A stretch of DNA of 64,000 nucleotides, from the NCBI GenBank assembly GCA_030390025.1, contig CM059431.1, positions 97,652,001-97,716,000 of the forward strand. The letters run 5' to 3'. The position numbers and the translations under genes are program-made. Within the stretch, counting starts at the first letter, position 1. Each line of letters opens with the position of its first letter. The stretch is from Squalus acanthias. Lineage: Eukaryota. The notes under the pieces were generated by a model. The model had not been told where the DNA came from. It searched no databases and worked only from the letters and a program-made list of their open reading frames with translations. Positions 50,221 through 61,399 of this stretch are shown piece after piece.

Positions 50221-52268
50221 ATAAGAACATAAGAATTAGGAGCAGGAGTAGGCCATACGGCCCCACAAGCCTGCTCCGCCATTCAATAATCATGGCTGAT
50301 CTTCAACCTCAACTCTACTTTCCCGCCCGATCCCCATATCCCTTGATTCCCCTAGAGTCCAAAAATCTATTGATCTCGGCCTTGAATATACTCAATGATT
50401 CAGCATCCACAGCCCGCGGGTAGAGAATTCAAAGATTCACCACCCTCTGAGTGAAGAAATTCCTCCTCATCTCAGTCTTAAATGGCCAACCCCTTATCCT
50501 GAGACTATGTCCCTGAGTTCTAGACTCTCCAGCCAGGGGAAACAACCTCTCAGCATCTACCCTGTCAATCCCCTTCAGAATCTTGTATGTTTCAATGAGA
50601 TCACCTCTCATTCTTCTAAACACCAGATAGTATAGGCCCATGCTACACAATCTCTCATCATAGGACAACCCTCTCATCCCAGGAATCAATCTAGTGAACC
50701 TTCGTTGCACCGCCTCCAAGGCAAGTAAATCCTTCCTTCGATAAGGAGAACAAAACTGTGCACAGTACTCCAGGTGTGGTCTCACCAAGGCCCTGTACAA
50801 TTGTAGCAAGACTTCCTTACTCTTATACTCCAACCCCCTTGCAATAAAGGCCAACATGCCATTTGCCTTCCTAATTATTTGCTGTATCTGCATGCTAACT
50901 CTCTGGCCCGTATTTTCCAATGCCTATGGGTGGGTACGCGCTGTGTACACACCCGTAGGGACATCGGAAATGCCGGTTTCAGGCGTGCGAAGCGCATGCG
51001 CTGAAAACCGGCATTTCCGATCTGTCAAGAATCCTCTTGACAGATCGGACGCCTGCCCTGGAGAAGGCTTTCTGCAGAACCTCCGCCCGCTGAAAACCCT
51101 TAGAAATCTTACGCCTGGTAAAAGCAGGCGTAAGGCCTGCCTTTACCAGCATAAGAGTTTAAAAAAGTAAAAATATAATTTTTTTTCACTCATTTATAGT
51201 TTAAAAATACTTTTTAAAAAAGGTAAGTTTATTTTTAGCCCCGTAAAAAACCTTAATTATTTTTTTCAAAAAATTAAATTTGTTTAAAATATTAAATTTA
51301 ATGTAATTTTAACTCATTTTAAAAACGTGATGGTTTTTAAAAATGTATTTAATGTTTTGATGTCTTTTTTCAGTGCTCCCCATTCATACTTTTGACGGGT
51401 CTATCTATCAAAAGTATGAAGGGGGATTCCCTTCTCCCATTGGTTCCCCATGGCCCATGTGATCTCAAGGACGCTTGCGAACTGCCTGCACCCCTGGGAT
51501 ATGTGGGCCCTGCACATTTCAACTGTGGAGAGGCCCAGGAGTGGAGGTTTCCGGACCTCGGGAGCCCTCGGGTAAGGGCGTAGATTTTTTTCCGATAGGA
51601 GGCATCCGCACACAGGAAGCCTCCGATCGGAAATTACGGGCCTCTGTGTTTCCTGTACGAGGACACCTAAATCTCTCTGAACACCAACATTTAATAGTTT
51701 CTCACCATTTAAAAAATATTTTGTTTTTCCATTCTTCCTACCAAAGTGAATAACCTCACATTTCCCCACATTATACTCCATCTGCCACCTAATTGCCCAC
51801 TCACTTAACCTGTCTCTATCCCTTTGCAGGCTCTTTGTTTTCTCCTCACAGCTTACTTTCCCACCTAGCTTTGTATCATCAGCAAACTTGGATACATTGC
51901 ACTCAGTCCCTTCATCTAGGTCATTAATATAGATTGTAAATAGCTGAGGCCCAAGCCCTGATCCTTGCGGCACCCCACCAGTTATAGCCTGCCAATCTGA
52001 AAAAAAACTGTTTATCCCAACTCTCTGTTTTCTGTCCGTTAACCAATCCTCTATCCATGCTCCTTCTTACCCCCAACCCCATGAGCTCTTATTTTGTGTA
52101 ACAACCTTTTATGCGGCACCTTATCGAATGCCTTTTGGAAATCCAAATATACTACATCTACTGGTTCCCCTTTATCCACCCTGCTAGTTACATCCACAAA
52201 AAACTCTATTAAATTTGTAAACACGATTTCCCTTTCATAAAATCAGGTTGACTCGCCTAATCATATTC
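50221..52268 (-). mobile_element. 5'-truncated CR1 LINE interrupted by a MITE
   Basis: ataagaacataagaa tail at 50221; ORFs 50429-50920 and 51401-51973 carry RT motifs. Confidence 0.92.
50905..51642. mobile_element. Non-autonomous TIR element (MITE), PIF/Harbinger-like, 738 bp
   Basis: TIRs ggcccgtattttcc / ggaaattacgggcc (13/14 match); 3-bp TSD TCT (50902-04, 51643-45); the CR1 sequence resumes after it. Confidence 0.85.
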
Positions 52269-52850
52269 TTTAGAATTTTGGAATATTTCTTTAAATGTTT
52301 GCCACTTGGGGTTGAAGCTGAGTGGTTCTGCCCAATCTTGAACTGAGCATCAGTGAGCAGGCTATTGGTGAATAGATGTCACTTGATGGCACAGTTGATG
52401 ACTCCTTCCATCACTTTACTGATGATGGAGGATAGGCTGCTGGGGTGGTAATTGGCTGGAGTGGATTTATCCTGTTATTGTGGACAGAACATAAGAATAT
52501 AAGAACATAAGAAATAGGAGCAGGAGTAGGCATTTTGGCCCCTCGAGTCTGATCATGGCTGATCTGATCTTGGCCTCAAATCCACTTTCCCTCGCTCCCC
52601 ATAACCCTTGACTCCCCTGTAGCTCAAGTATCTGTCTATCTCCGCCCTGAATATATTCAATGACTCCGCCTCCACAGCTCTTTGGGGTAGAGAATTCCAA
52701 AGATTCACGACCCTCTGAGAGAAGAAATTCTTCCTCATCCTTTAAATGGGTGACCCCTTATTCTGAGACTATGCCCCCTAGTTCTAGATTCCCCCACGAG
52801 GGGAAACATCCTCTCTGCATCTACCCTGTCAAGCCCCCTCAGAATCTTAT

Positions 52851-53690
52851 GGGGGAAAAATTCGGTTGGTTAGCGCCTCCTGTTAGCACCTCCAGGGGGC
52901 GCTAACGGGGCGCTAGGAACTTAGCGCCCGAGCGCGGCGATTTTAGTGCTGCTCGCAAAATTGACCAGTTGTTTTGCGGCGGCACTAAACATTGCCGCCA
53001 CGATCTTCTGCACCCGCAGAACGTGACGTCAGTCGAGCGTGCAACGCCCTGGTAGCGCCCCAGACCAGATATTGAGTCGCGTCCCCTGCCTTAGCACCTG
53101 CCGCTAGGAATGACAGGTAGTGGGGAACGTTTTCAAGTCGGGAAGGGGCTGGGGGAGTGCTATTTAAAGGCGGGCGCTTCCTGCCTTTTCTTGTCGGCAA
53201 AATTTTTGGTAAACGCAGGTTGAGAGGGAGAGAGATGTCTGGAGAGATTTAACGCTGTCCTAAGGAGTTTTGGTCCTCAGCACCACTTTTGAGGTTCCTA
53301 AGCGCCGAGCTCTTTCCCTGGGCCTCTCCATTCGTGCTTCCAACATAATTGCTTTCGAGGTCTCTCCAGGCCGAGATTCAAGGCTGCAATGACCAGGGTG
53401 TGGCTGGCCAGCAAGATGTCCCCTCATCTTTAAGAACTGGACGACGCCAGTCTGTCTGGCTTCTATGGTAACTGACATCGCCTGAGCTTCGGTAACGTTC
53501 TGAGGTAGCGCCTCGCTCCCTGACGTTAGCGCCTTAAGAGAGGTGTGTAGCGCCTGATTTAGCGCTTAAATCACCTCAGGGGTGATAGAGGTGAATTTTG
53601 CAGACAAAGGCAATAATTAGCACCAGGCGCTAAACTTTGCGCCCGGCCGATATTAGCGCCCCAAAATGGGCAATACCCAATTTTTCCCTC
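52851..53690. mobile_element. Non-autonomous TIR element (MITE), PIF/Harbinger-like, 840 bp
   Basis: TIRs gggggaaaaattcggt / acccaatttttccctc; 3-bp TSD TAT (52848-50, 53691-93); subterminal tagcgcc/ggcgcta motifs. Confidence 0.85.
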
Positions 53691-55024
53691 TATATGTTTC
53701 AATAAGATCACCTCTCATTCTTCTAAACTCCAATGAGTATAGGCCCAACCTGCTCAACCTTTCTTCATAAGACAACCCTTTCATCTCAGGAATCAACCTA
53801 GTGAACCTTCTCTGAACTGCCTCCAATGCAAGTATATCCCTCCTTAAATAAGGAGACTAAAACTGTACGCAGTACTCCAGGTGTGGTCTCACCAACGCCC
53901 TGTACAGTTGTAGCAAGACTTCCCTACTTTTATACTCCATCCCCCTTGCAATAAAGACCAACATTCCATTGGCCTTCCTAATTACTTGCTGTACCTGCAT
54001 GCTAACTTTTTGTGTTTCATGTACGAGGACCCCCAGATCCCTCTGTACCGCAGCATTTTGTAGTCTCTCTCCATTTAAATGATAATTTGCTTTTTTATTC
54101 TTCCTACCAAAGTGGATAACCTCACATTTTCCCACATTATACGCCATCTGCCAAATTTTTGCCCACTCACTTAACCTATCTATATCCCTTTGCAGACTCT
54201 TTGGCTGGATTTTGAATGACCCATGGAGTCGGGTTTGGAGGCGTGTGGGGGGTTAAATTTGCGGGGTCGGGGTTTCCGACCCCATCCCGACTCCATCCCG
54301 CCTCCAAGCAATTTTGACAATCAGTCGCGGGGTTCCCGCCTTCAAGAGGCGGGAGAGGCCATTAAAGCCCTTAACAAGCTCTAAATTGGCTCTGTAATGC
54401 CATTTTGAAATGCTGTAGCTAGTTTAACCCTCTTCTGACGTGAAGCACGCCTGGTGTGAAACACTCCAGTGAAACCTGGCGGGAGCACAAGTGGATAGCT
54501 GACTATCGGCTGCAGGTCCACTATTACAACGGAGATGTGATGAAGGTAGTAGTAGTAGTATTAGGTCTGAACGTCGCCTCTGATGCTGCTGCATTGAATG
54601 TCTTCAGAGACTGCCTGGGAGGACTTGCTTGGGGAAAAACTCTCTCTCTCTCTCTCTCACCCCCCCCCCCCCATATTTGCATCCAGGTCCACTCACATCA
54701 AAAGCCAGGCAGGTCCTCTCTCACCAACCATCTCTGAGACTAGGCAGTCAGCAATGATGACATTGTTGAGGCTGCCACGAAACACGAATGGAGGCTGAAT
54801 CCATATGTGGAAAACAAGAAACTTTAATTCACTGCATGGCACACAAAATGGCTGAGAAAGCTGCTCCCAGAATTCTCTGGAAAAAACCCTGAAGCCCCGC
54901 CCACTCCTGTCTTAAAGGTAAGGTGCCTTAAAGGGAAGGTTCACTGATATATTGTCCACAGACGGAAAAGTGGGTTATGCCCGTTTAGGTTGCGATCCGC
55001 CACACAGCTCCCCCCAGAATCCGC

Positions 55025-58000
55025 TTAGGAGGTGTGGACGAGATAGTGCGGCGGTCTGATGGGTCGGCCGGAGCGGCTCTTGTAGGACGTTGGTGGACGT
55101 GGAACGGCCGGGCGTGGAGCAGCCGGGTGAACCGGCTTGAGGGCAGGTCGGCCGCGTGGAGGTGGACGAGCTACAGGGACCTGCTCACCGGGCTCCGAGT
55201 GTGCTGGCTTGAGTCAGTCAACCGACACTTTTTCGGTCCTGTCGCCCACTTGCAGGGTGAAAAATTTGTCCCCGGCCTGTAGCACCTTGTAGGGCCCGTC
55301 GTACAGGGGTTGAAGGGGTCCGCGGTGGGCGTTGTGCCGGACGAAAACAAACCGTGCCTGGTGCAGGCTTAGTGGGACGTGTGAGGTGGATTCGCCGTGT
55401 CGAGCAATGGGCACCGGGGCGAACTGCAGCGCTGGTGAGGCGAAGTCGTGGCGTTGCTGGTCGGCTGACCAGGGTGTCGTGGCGGTGGGCAGGAACTCGC
55501 CGGGTACGCGCAGCGGCTGACCGTACACGAGCTCTGCTGCCGATGCGTGGAGGTCTTCTTTAACCGCGGTGCGCAGGCCGAGGAGGACCCACGGAAGTCG
55601 GTCGGTCCAGGCGCCGTCTTGGAGGCTGGCTCAAAGAGATGCCTTCAAGGATCTGTGGAACCGCTCACACAGTCCGTTGGCTTGGGGGTGGTATGCTGTG
55701 GTGCGGTGAATGGTCACCCCGAGATTGCGTGCAACGGCGGTCCAGAGTTCAGAGGCAAATTGCGGACCTCTGTCCGACGTCATGTCGGAGGGGACGCCGA
55801 ACCGTGCGACCCAGGTGCTGACGAAGGCTCTGGCGATGTCGGCGGTGGTGGTAGAGGTCAGTGGAATTGCCTCAGGCCAGCGTGTGGTGCGGTCAACGAT
55901 GGTCAGCAAGTGCGTGTGGCCTTGCGACGGCGACAGGGGCCCGACGATGTCTACGTGGCTGTGGTCGAATCTCCGCGAGGGGACGGTAAACTCCTCGAGG
56001 GGTGCTTTCGTGTGTTGCTGTACCTTGGCCCGTTGGCAGGCTAGGCAGGAGTTGGCCCAAGTACGCACATCCTTGCGAAGGCCGCGCCAGACGAAGCGGT
56101 TGGCTACCAATTTGATGGATGCGCGGGCACCGGGGTGGGAGAGGTTGTGGAGAATGTCGAATACCCGGCGGCGCCAGGACGCTGGGACGACGGGCCAAGG
56201 TTGACATAGGGATATGTCGCACTTGACCGTGACTGCGGTCGGGCCACAGGCGACGTCGGCCAGGCGTAGCCCTGGTAGGTTGATGGGTGCGGAGAGCAGA
56301 TCCGGGTCGGTGATCTGGTCTGCTGCGAGTTGAGCGTAGTCGACTGCTAGGTGTGCGGCGTGGATGGCAGGGCGGGAGAGGCAGTCGGCTACCACATTGT
56401 CTCGGCCGGAGACGTGTTGGATGTCCGTGGTGAACTCGGACACTGCCGCGAGCTGGCGCTGCTGCCTGGCGGACCAGGGGTCGGTTGTCTTTGCCATTGC
56501 GAATGTCAGGGGCTTGTGGTCGACAAGCAAAAACTGGAAATGGCGGACCGCCAGGAACAGCGCGAGGAGCTCGCGGTCGAAGGTGCTGTACTTGACCTCC
56601 GGGGGGCGTAGTTGGCGGCTGAAGAAGGCAAGTGGTTGCCAGGCGCCGTCGACCCACTGCTCATACACGGCGCCGACCGCGTGGTCGGAGGCATCCGTGG
56701 TGAGCGCTACCCTGGCATTGGGCCGTGGGTGCGCGAGCAGGGTGGCATTGGCGAGCGCGGTCTTGGTGGAGTCGAAGGCGGCTGACGCGTCTGCCGTCCA
56801 TTCGACTGCCATCTTGCCGCTCCTGCCCCGGAGGGTTTCATACAGGGGCCTCATGAGGGACGCCGCTTTGGGGATGAAGCGGTTATAGAAGTTCACCATC
56901 CCGAGGAACTCCTGGAGGCCTTTGATGGTGGTGGGGCGGGGAAATTGTTGGACGGCCTGCACCTTGGTGGGCAGGAGAATGGCCCCAGCATGGGTGATGT
57001 GGTGGCCGAGGAAGTCGATCTTGTCCAGGCCGAACTGGCATTTGGCTGGGCTGAAGATGAGCCCGTGGTCGCTGAGGCGCCCGAACAGGATGCGGAGGTG
57101 TTCGAGGTGTTCCTGCTTGGAGGAACTGGCTACCAGGATGTCGTCCAGGTAGACGAACAGGAACTTCAGGTCTCGAAGGACCGAGTCCATGAGCCGTTGG
57201 AATGCCTGGGCCGCGTTTTTGAGGCCGAAGGGCATCCGCAGGAACTCGAACAGGCCGAAGGGGGTGATTACGGCCGTCTTGGGGACGTCCGCGGGGTGGA
57301 CGGGGACTTGGTGGTAGCCGCGCACCAGGTCGACCTTAGAAAAGACTGAGCGGCCGGCCAGTCTGGCCGAGAAGTCACTTATGTGCGGCACGGGGTACCG
57401 ATCAGGGGTGGTGGCGTCATTGAGGCGGCGGTAATCCCCGCAGGGGTGCCAACCTCCACCTGGTTTGGGGGCGATGTGGAGTGGGGAGGCCCAGGGACTG
57501 TTGGAGCGGCGGATGATGCCGAGCTGTTCCATGGTGGCAAACTCGGTCCGTGCGATCTCCAGTTTGGCCGGGTCCAGCCTGCGGGCGTGGGCGTACACTG
57601 GGGGGCCTGTGGTGGGGATGAAGTGTTCCACCCCGTGTTTGGCGGCCTCCGCGGAGAAGGTCAGATTGGTAAGGGCTGGGAATTCGGGCAGGAGTGCCGA
57701 GTAGTCATCCGTGGCCCAGGCGTGGCACTGTGACGCCATGTCGGCGGGTTGACGGGGGGCCATGGCACCCAGGATGGGGGACATGGTGTTCATGTCCACG
57801 AGGCGGTGACGGGGGATGTCTACCAGTAGGCCGTGGGCGCACAGGAAATCTGCGCCGATGAGAGGGGAGAGCACCTTGGCAGTGATGAACTCCCATTGGT
57901 AGCGGCGACCAGCGAGGTCGAGGGTGACTGTCCGGGTGCCATACGTCCGGATTTCCGAGCCGTTAGCAGCAGCCAGCGCCGGTCCTCGTTCGCCCTTTTG

Positions 58001-58813
58001 GATGTCGAGGGAGGAGGCCGGGATGATGCTGTGCTGAGCCCCAGTGTCGCACAGGAACCGGCGGCCGGTTTTGTCATCCGTAACGAACAGCAGGGAGCCC
58101 GCGTGGCCCACAGCCATCGCGGGGGCTGGTACGGGGGCGTACTTGAAAGAGCAGGGAGGTTTGCACCGTTGTGCCCTGGCGCCGAACCGTGCGTGGTAGT
58201 AACAGTGGCCCGGGTTAGTGGGGCGTGAAGGCCCCGTGGGCCTGGTGACAGGCCCTTGTGGCCGCGTGCTGGATGGTGAGGGGCGCACCCAGGCATTGGC
58301 TGCCAGGTCCGGAGTGACGTCGCGGCTGGAGTGAGCGGACAGCAGCTTGTCGGCCTCATCGGCCAGGGCTTCCAGGTTCGTGAGGCCGGACGCCACGATC
58401 GCTGGGCGGATGCTGAGAGGGAGCTGGCGGATGAACAGCGTGCGGAAGAGGGATCCGGGTGGGCTCTCGTCGGTGAGGGAGAGCATGTGGGAGAGGTGGT
58501 CTGACGGTAAGGCATCACCGAGGCCTGGAAGGTCGAGGAGGTGGCAGTTTCTCTGATATGCCAAGGCCGTAAATTTTTTAAGGAGCGCTGTCCTGAGATG
58601 TGCGTACTTGCCTTCCTCTGGTGGATTCTGCAGCGTTGTCCAAACCTTGGAAACTGCGGCGCTACCGAGTGATGTGACGAGATAGTCGTACTTCGTCCCA
58701 TCTGTGGTGATATTTCGCAGCCGGAAGCAAGATTCAGCTTGGAGAAACCAGGCTTCGGGCTGGTTTTCCCAAAACTCCGGCAGTTTCACGGAAACTGCAT
58801 TCGTGTCCGCCAT
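55025..58813 (-). pseudogene. Gypsy gag-pol polyprotein (Gag CHCC, PR, RT, RNase H, IN) with two in-frame stops in the integrase region
   Basis: CYYHARFGARAQRCKPPC, FLCDTGA, YLDD, TTDAS, HNLSH...CLAC, HVDIVGP/TSDRG/GLCER; TGA at 55631-33 and 55214-16; the frame continues to TAA at 55025-27. Confidence 0.92.
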
Positions 58814-58838
58814 TGCAGTGCTTGGAATACGTTCTGAG

Positions 58839-58852
58839 CGTCGGGGTCACCA
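58839..58852 (-). promoter_or_regulatory. Primer-binding site complementary to the tRNA-Trp 3' end
   Basis: TGGTGACCCCGACG, one nucleotide after the 5' LTR on the minus strand. Confidence 0.88.
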
Positions 58853-60299
58853 ATGTTGAGGCTGCCGCAAAACACGAATGGAGGCTGAATCCATATGTGG
58901 AAAACAAGAAACTTTAATTCACTGCATGCTACACAAAATGGCTGAGAAAGCTGCTCCCAGAATTCTCTGGAAAAAACCCTGAAGCCCCGCCCACTCCTGT
59001 CTTAAAGGTAAGGTGCCTTAAAGGGAAGGTTCACTGATATATTGTCCACAGACGGAAAAGTGGGTTATGCCCGTTTAGGTGGCGATCCGCCACAACATCT
59101 TCAGAGGCGACTTTCAGACTGAAACCACTAATTAGTTCATGGGTTCCCACATGTTCCAACTCAATTGCCCAATTAAGTGAAAATTGCATCAGGCATCCAC
59201 ATTAATCTGGAGTCGGGGGGGAAACACGAAATGCGGATTACACGACCCCAACCCGACCCCAAGACAAAATCCAGCCCAAATGTCCTCCTCACAACTTTCT
59301 TTCCCACCTATCTTTGTATCATCAGCAAATTTGGCTACAGTACACTCGGTCCCTTCATCCAAATCATTAATATAGATTGTAAATAGTTGAGGCCCCAGCA
59401 CTGATCCCTGTGGCACCCCACTAGTTACAGTTTGCCAACCTGACAATGACCCATTTATCCCGACTCTCTGCTTTCTGTTAGTTAGCCAATCCCCTATCCA
59501 TGCCAATATATTACCCCCAACCCCGTGAGCTCTTATCTTGTGCAGTAACCTTTTATGTGGCACCTTATCGAATGCCTTCTGGAAATCCAAATACACCACA
59601 TCCACTGGTTCCCCTTTATCCACCCTGCTCGTTACATCCTCAAAGAACTCGAGTAAATTTGTCAAACACAATTTCCCTTTCATAAAACCATGTTGACTCT
59701 GCTTGATTGTCTTATGATTTTCTAAATGTCTGCGATTACTTCCTTAATAATGGATTCCAACATTTTCCCAATGACAGATGTTAGGCTAACTGGCCGATAG
59801 TTTCCTGCTTTCTGTCTCCCTCCTTTCCTGAATAGGGGCATTACATTTGCGGTTTTCCAATCCGCTGGGACCTCTCCAGAATCCAGAGAATTTTGGTAGA
59901 TTTCAACCAACGCATCCACTATCTCTGCAGGCACATACCTGAGCAATTTTCCACATTGTCGGATAGATGCCAGTGTTGTAGCTGCATTGGAACAGCTTGG
60001 CTAGAGGTGCAGCTGGTTCTGGTGCACAGGTGTTCAGCACGATAGCTGGGATGTCGTCAAGACCAACTCTGCCGGTCCTGGCTTTTTCAATGTTAAGTTT
60101 TGCGTGAAACTGTGAATGGGCCGCGCACCCAAAAACAATTAGGGGAAACATCGGTCAGGACCGTAGCCTTTGTTGTGTCCACTGCACTCAGCCACCTCTT
60201 AAAGTCACGTGGAGTGAACCGAATTGTCTGGATGCTTGTATCTATGAGATGGGGAGCTCAGGTGGAGGCCGAGTTGGATCATCCGCTCAGCACTATGGC

Positions 60300-60405
60300 T
60301 GAATACGTGGGAATGGGACTGACTGATTGCTCTACAGAGAGCTGGCACGGACTCGATGGGCTGAATGGCCTCCTTCTGTGCTGTTATGACTCTCTGACTC
60401 TATGA
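60300..60405 (+). mobile_element. CR1 3' tail fragment
   Basis: gatgggctgaatggcctccttctgtgctgttatgactctctgactctatga. Confidence 0.7.
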
Positions 60406-60916
60406 ATATGCTTGAAAACACTTCAGTCTTGTCTCTTGCATTCAGGTGCTGGGCTGCACCATGGTTGAGGATGGAGATGATGATGGAGCCTCCTCCTCCT
60501 GTGAGTCGCCTCATTCTCCACCACCATTCGCCACTGGATGTGGTCGGGTTGCAGAGCTTTGCTCTGATCTGGAGGGTGTGGGACCGCTTCACTCTGTCTA
60601 TAGTCTAATGCTTTTGATGTGTAGCATTGCAGCTAATCCTGCATTGTAGCTTCACGAAGTCCTGTAACTCATTCTAAGGCAGTCCTGGAGTTGCTCATGG
60701 CACATTCTTTTACACATCACATTAAACCAGCGTTGGGCTCCTTACTTGTTGGTGATAAAGAAAGGAGGCCATGAGGTCACAGATTATGCTGGTATAGAAT
60801 TCTGCTGAGGATGGCCCACAGCACCTTATAGATGCCCACAGGGCTGCTGGATCTGTCCCACTGAGCATGTTTGTAGTCCCACTGCAAAGATGTCCTTGCG
60901 GTGGAGATGAAACTAT

Positions 60917-61390
60917 GGGCTCGATTTTGCCAGGCCCAAGGAGGCGGGATTGGAGGCGTGTGAGGTGTTAAAATCGCAAAAACTGGCAGGCGGGCCCGAT
61001 CCCGCCTCCGAGCAATTTTCCTACATGCGAGTTTTCTGACCCTGTCTCCATCCCGCCTCCAAGAGGCGGGATAGGCCCTTAACAACCAGTTAAGTGCCTC
61101 TATAATCCCATTTTGAGAGGCCTTTCTGATTTTAACACTTTTCCCACATGCTTCATGCCTCCTCTGAAACACGCCAGTGAATCCTGGCGGCCTCACCAGT
61201 GGATTGCTTACTGACAGCTGCAGCTCCACCATTAAAAAGGAGTTTTCAGCAATCTTCATTTGCAGGTGGCAGAACTTTGTTGTCTCAGGTCTGGGGGAAC
61301 TTTTAGCAGGCCTACTCATTGTTGTGGAAGTTTGGAGCCTGACATCCATCTCCAGTGTGACCTCCTGGGAAACCCCTCTCGCCACCTTGA
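60917..61390. mobile_element. Left arm of a MITE related to the 54203-59277 element
   Basis: Begins gggctcgatttt and shares ttggaggcgtgtg...ttaaa, atcccgcctcc.agcaatttt and caagaggcggga.aggcc with 54203-54370. Confidence 0.6.
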
Positions 61391-61399
61391 CTGAGCGCT

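Larger units (their letters stand above)
54764..59094 (-). mobile_element. Ty3/Gypsy LTR retrotransposon, CsRn1/Kabuki-like clade, 4331 bp, near intact
   Basis: 241-bp TG...CA LTRs at 54764-55004 and 58854-59094 (5 mismatches); 4-bp TSD ACAT; tRNA-Trp PBS; purine tract next to the 3' LTR; single gag-pol ORF. Confidence 0.96.
54203..59277. mobile_element. Non-autonomous TIR element (MITE) split by the Gypsy insertion
   Basis: TIRs ggctggattttg / caaaatccagccc; flanks rejoin CR1 gcagactcttt...tgtcctcctcacaact; TSD not clean. Confidence 0.75.
52486..59930 (-). mobile_element. 5'-truncated CR1 LINE interrupted by two MITEs and a Gypsy element
   Basis: Pieces 52486-52850, 53694-54202 and 59281-59930 are colinear CR1 sequence; same subfamily as 19735-21437. 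Confidence 0.9.
49690..60916 (-). mobile_element. Old CR1-group LINE broken into pieces (49690-50220, ~52290-52485, ~59931-60916) by younger insertions
   Basis: [34 protein letters not shown] in the first piece; DIPAIVLNTCAPEPAAPLAKLFQCSYNTGIYPTMWKIAQV in the last; sequence appears to resume across each insertion. Confidence 0.65.

Noticed and set aside
55547..58701. Many overlapping alternative-frame and antisense ORFs
   Set aside because: Expected shadow ORFs of a GC-rich gag-pol gene; no independent motifs and no env-like ORF.
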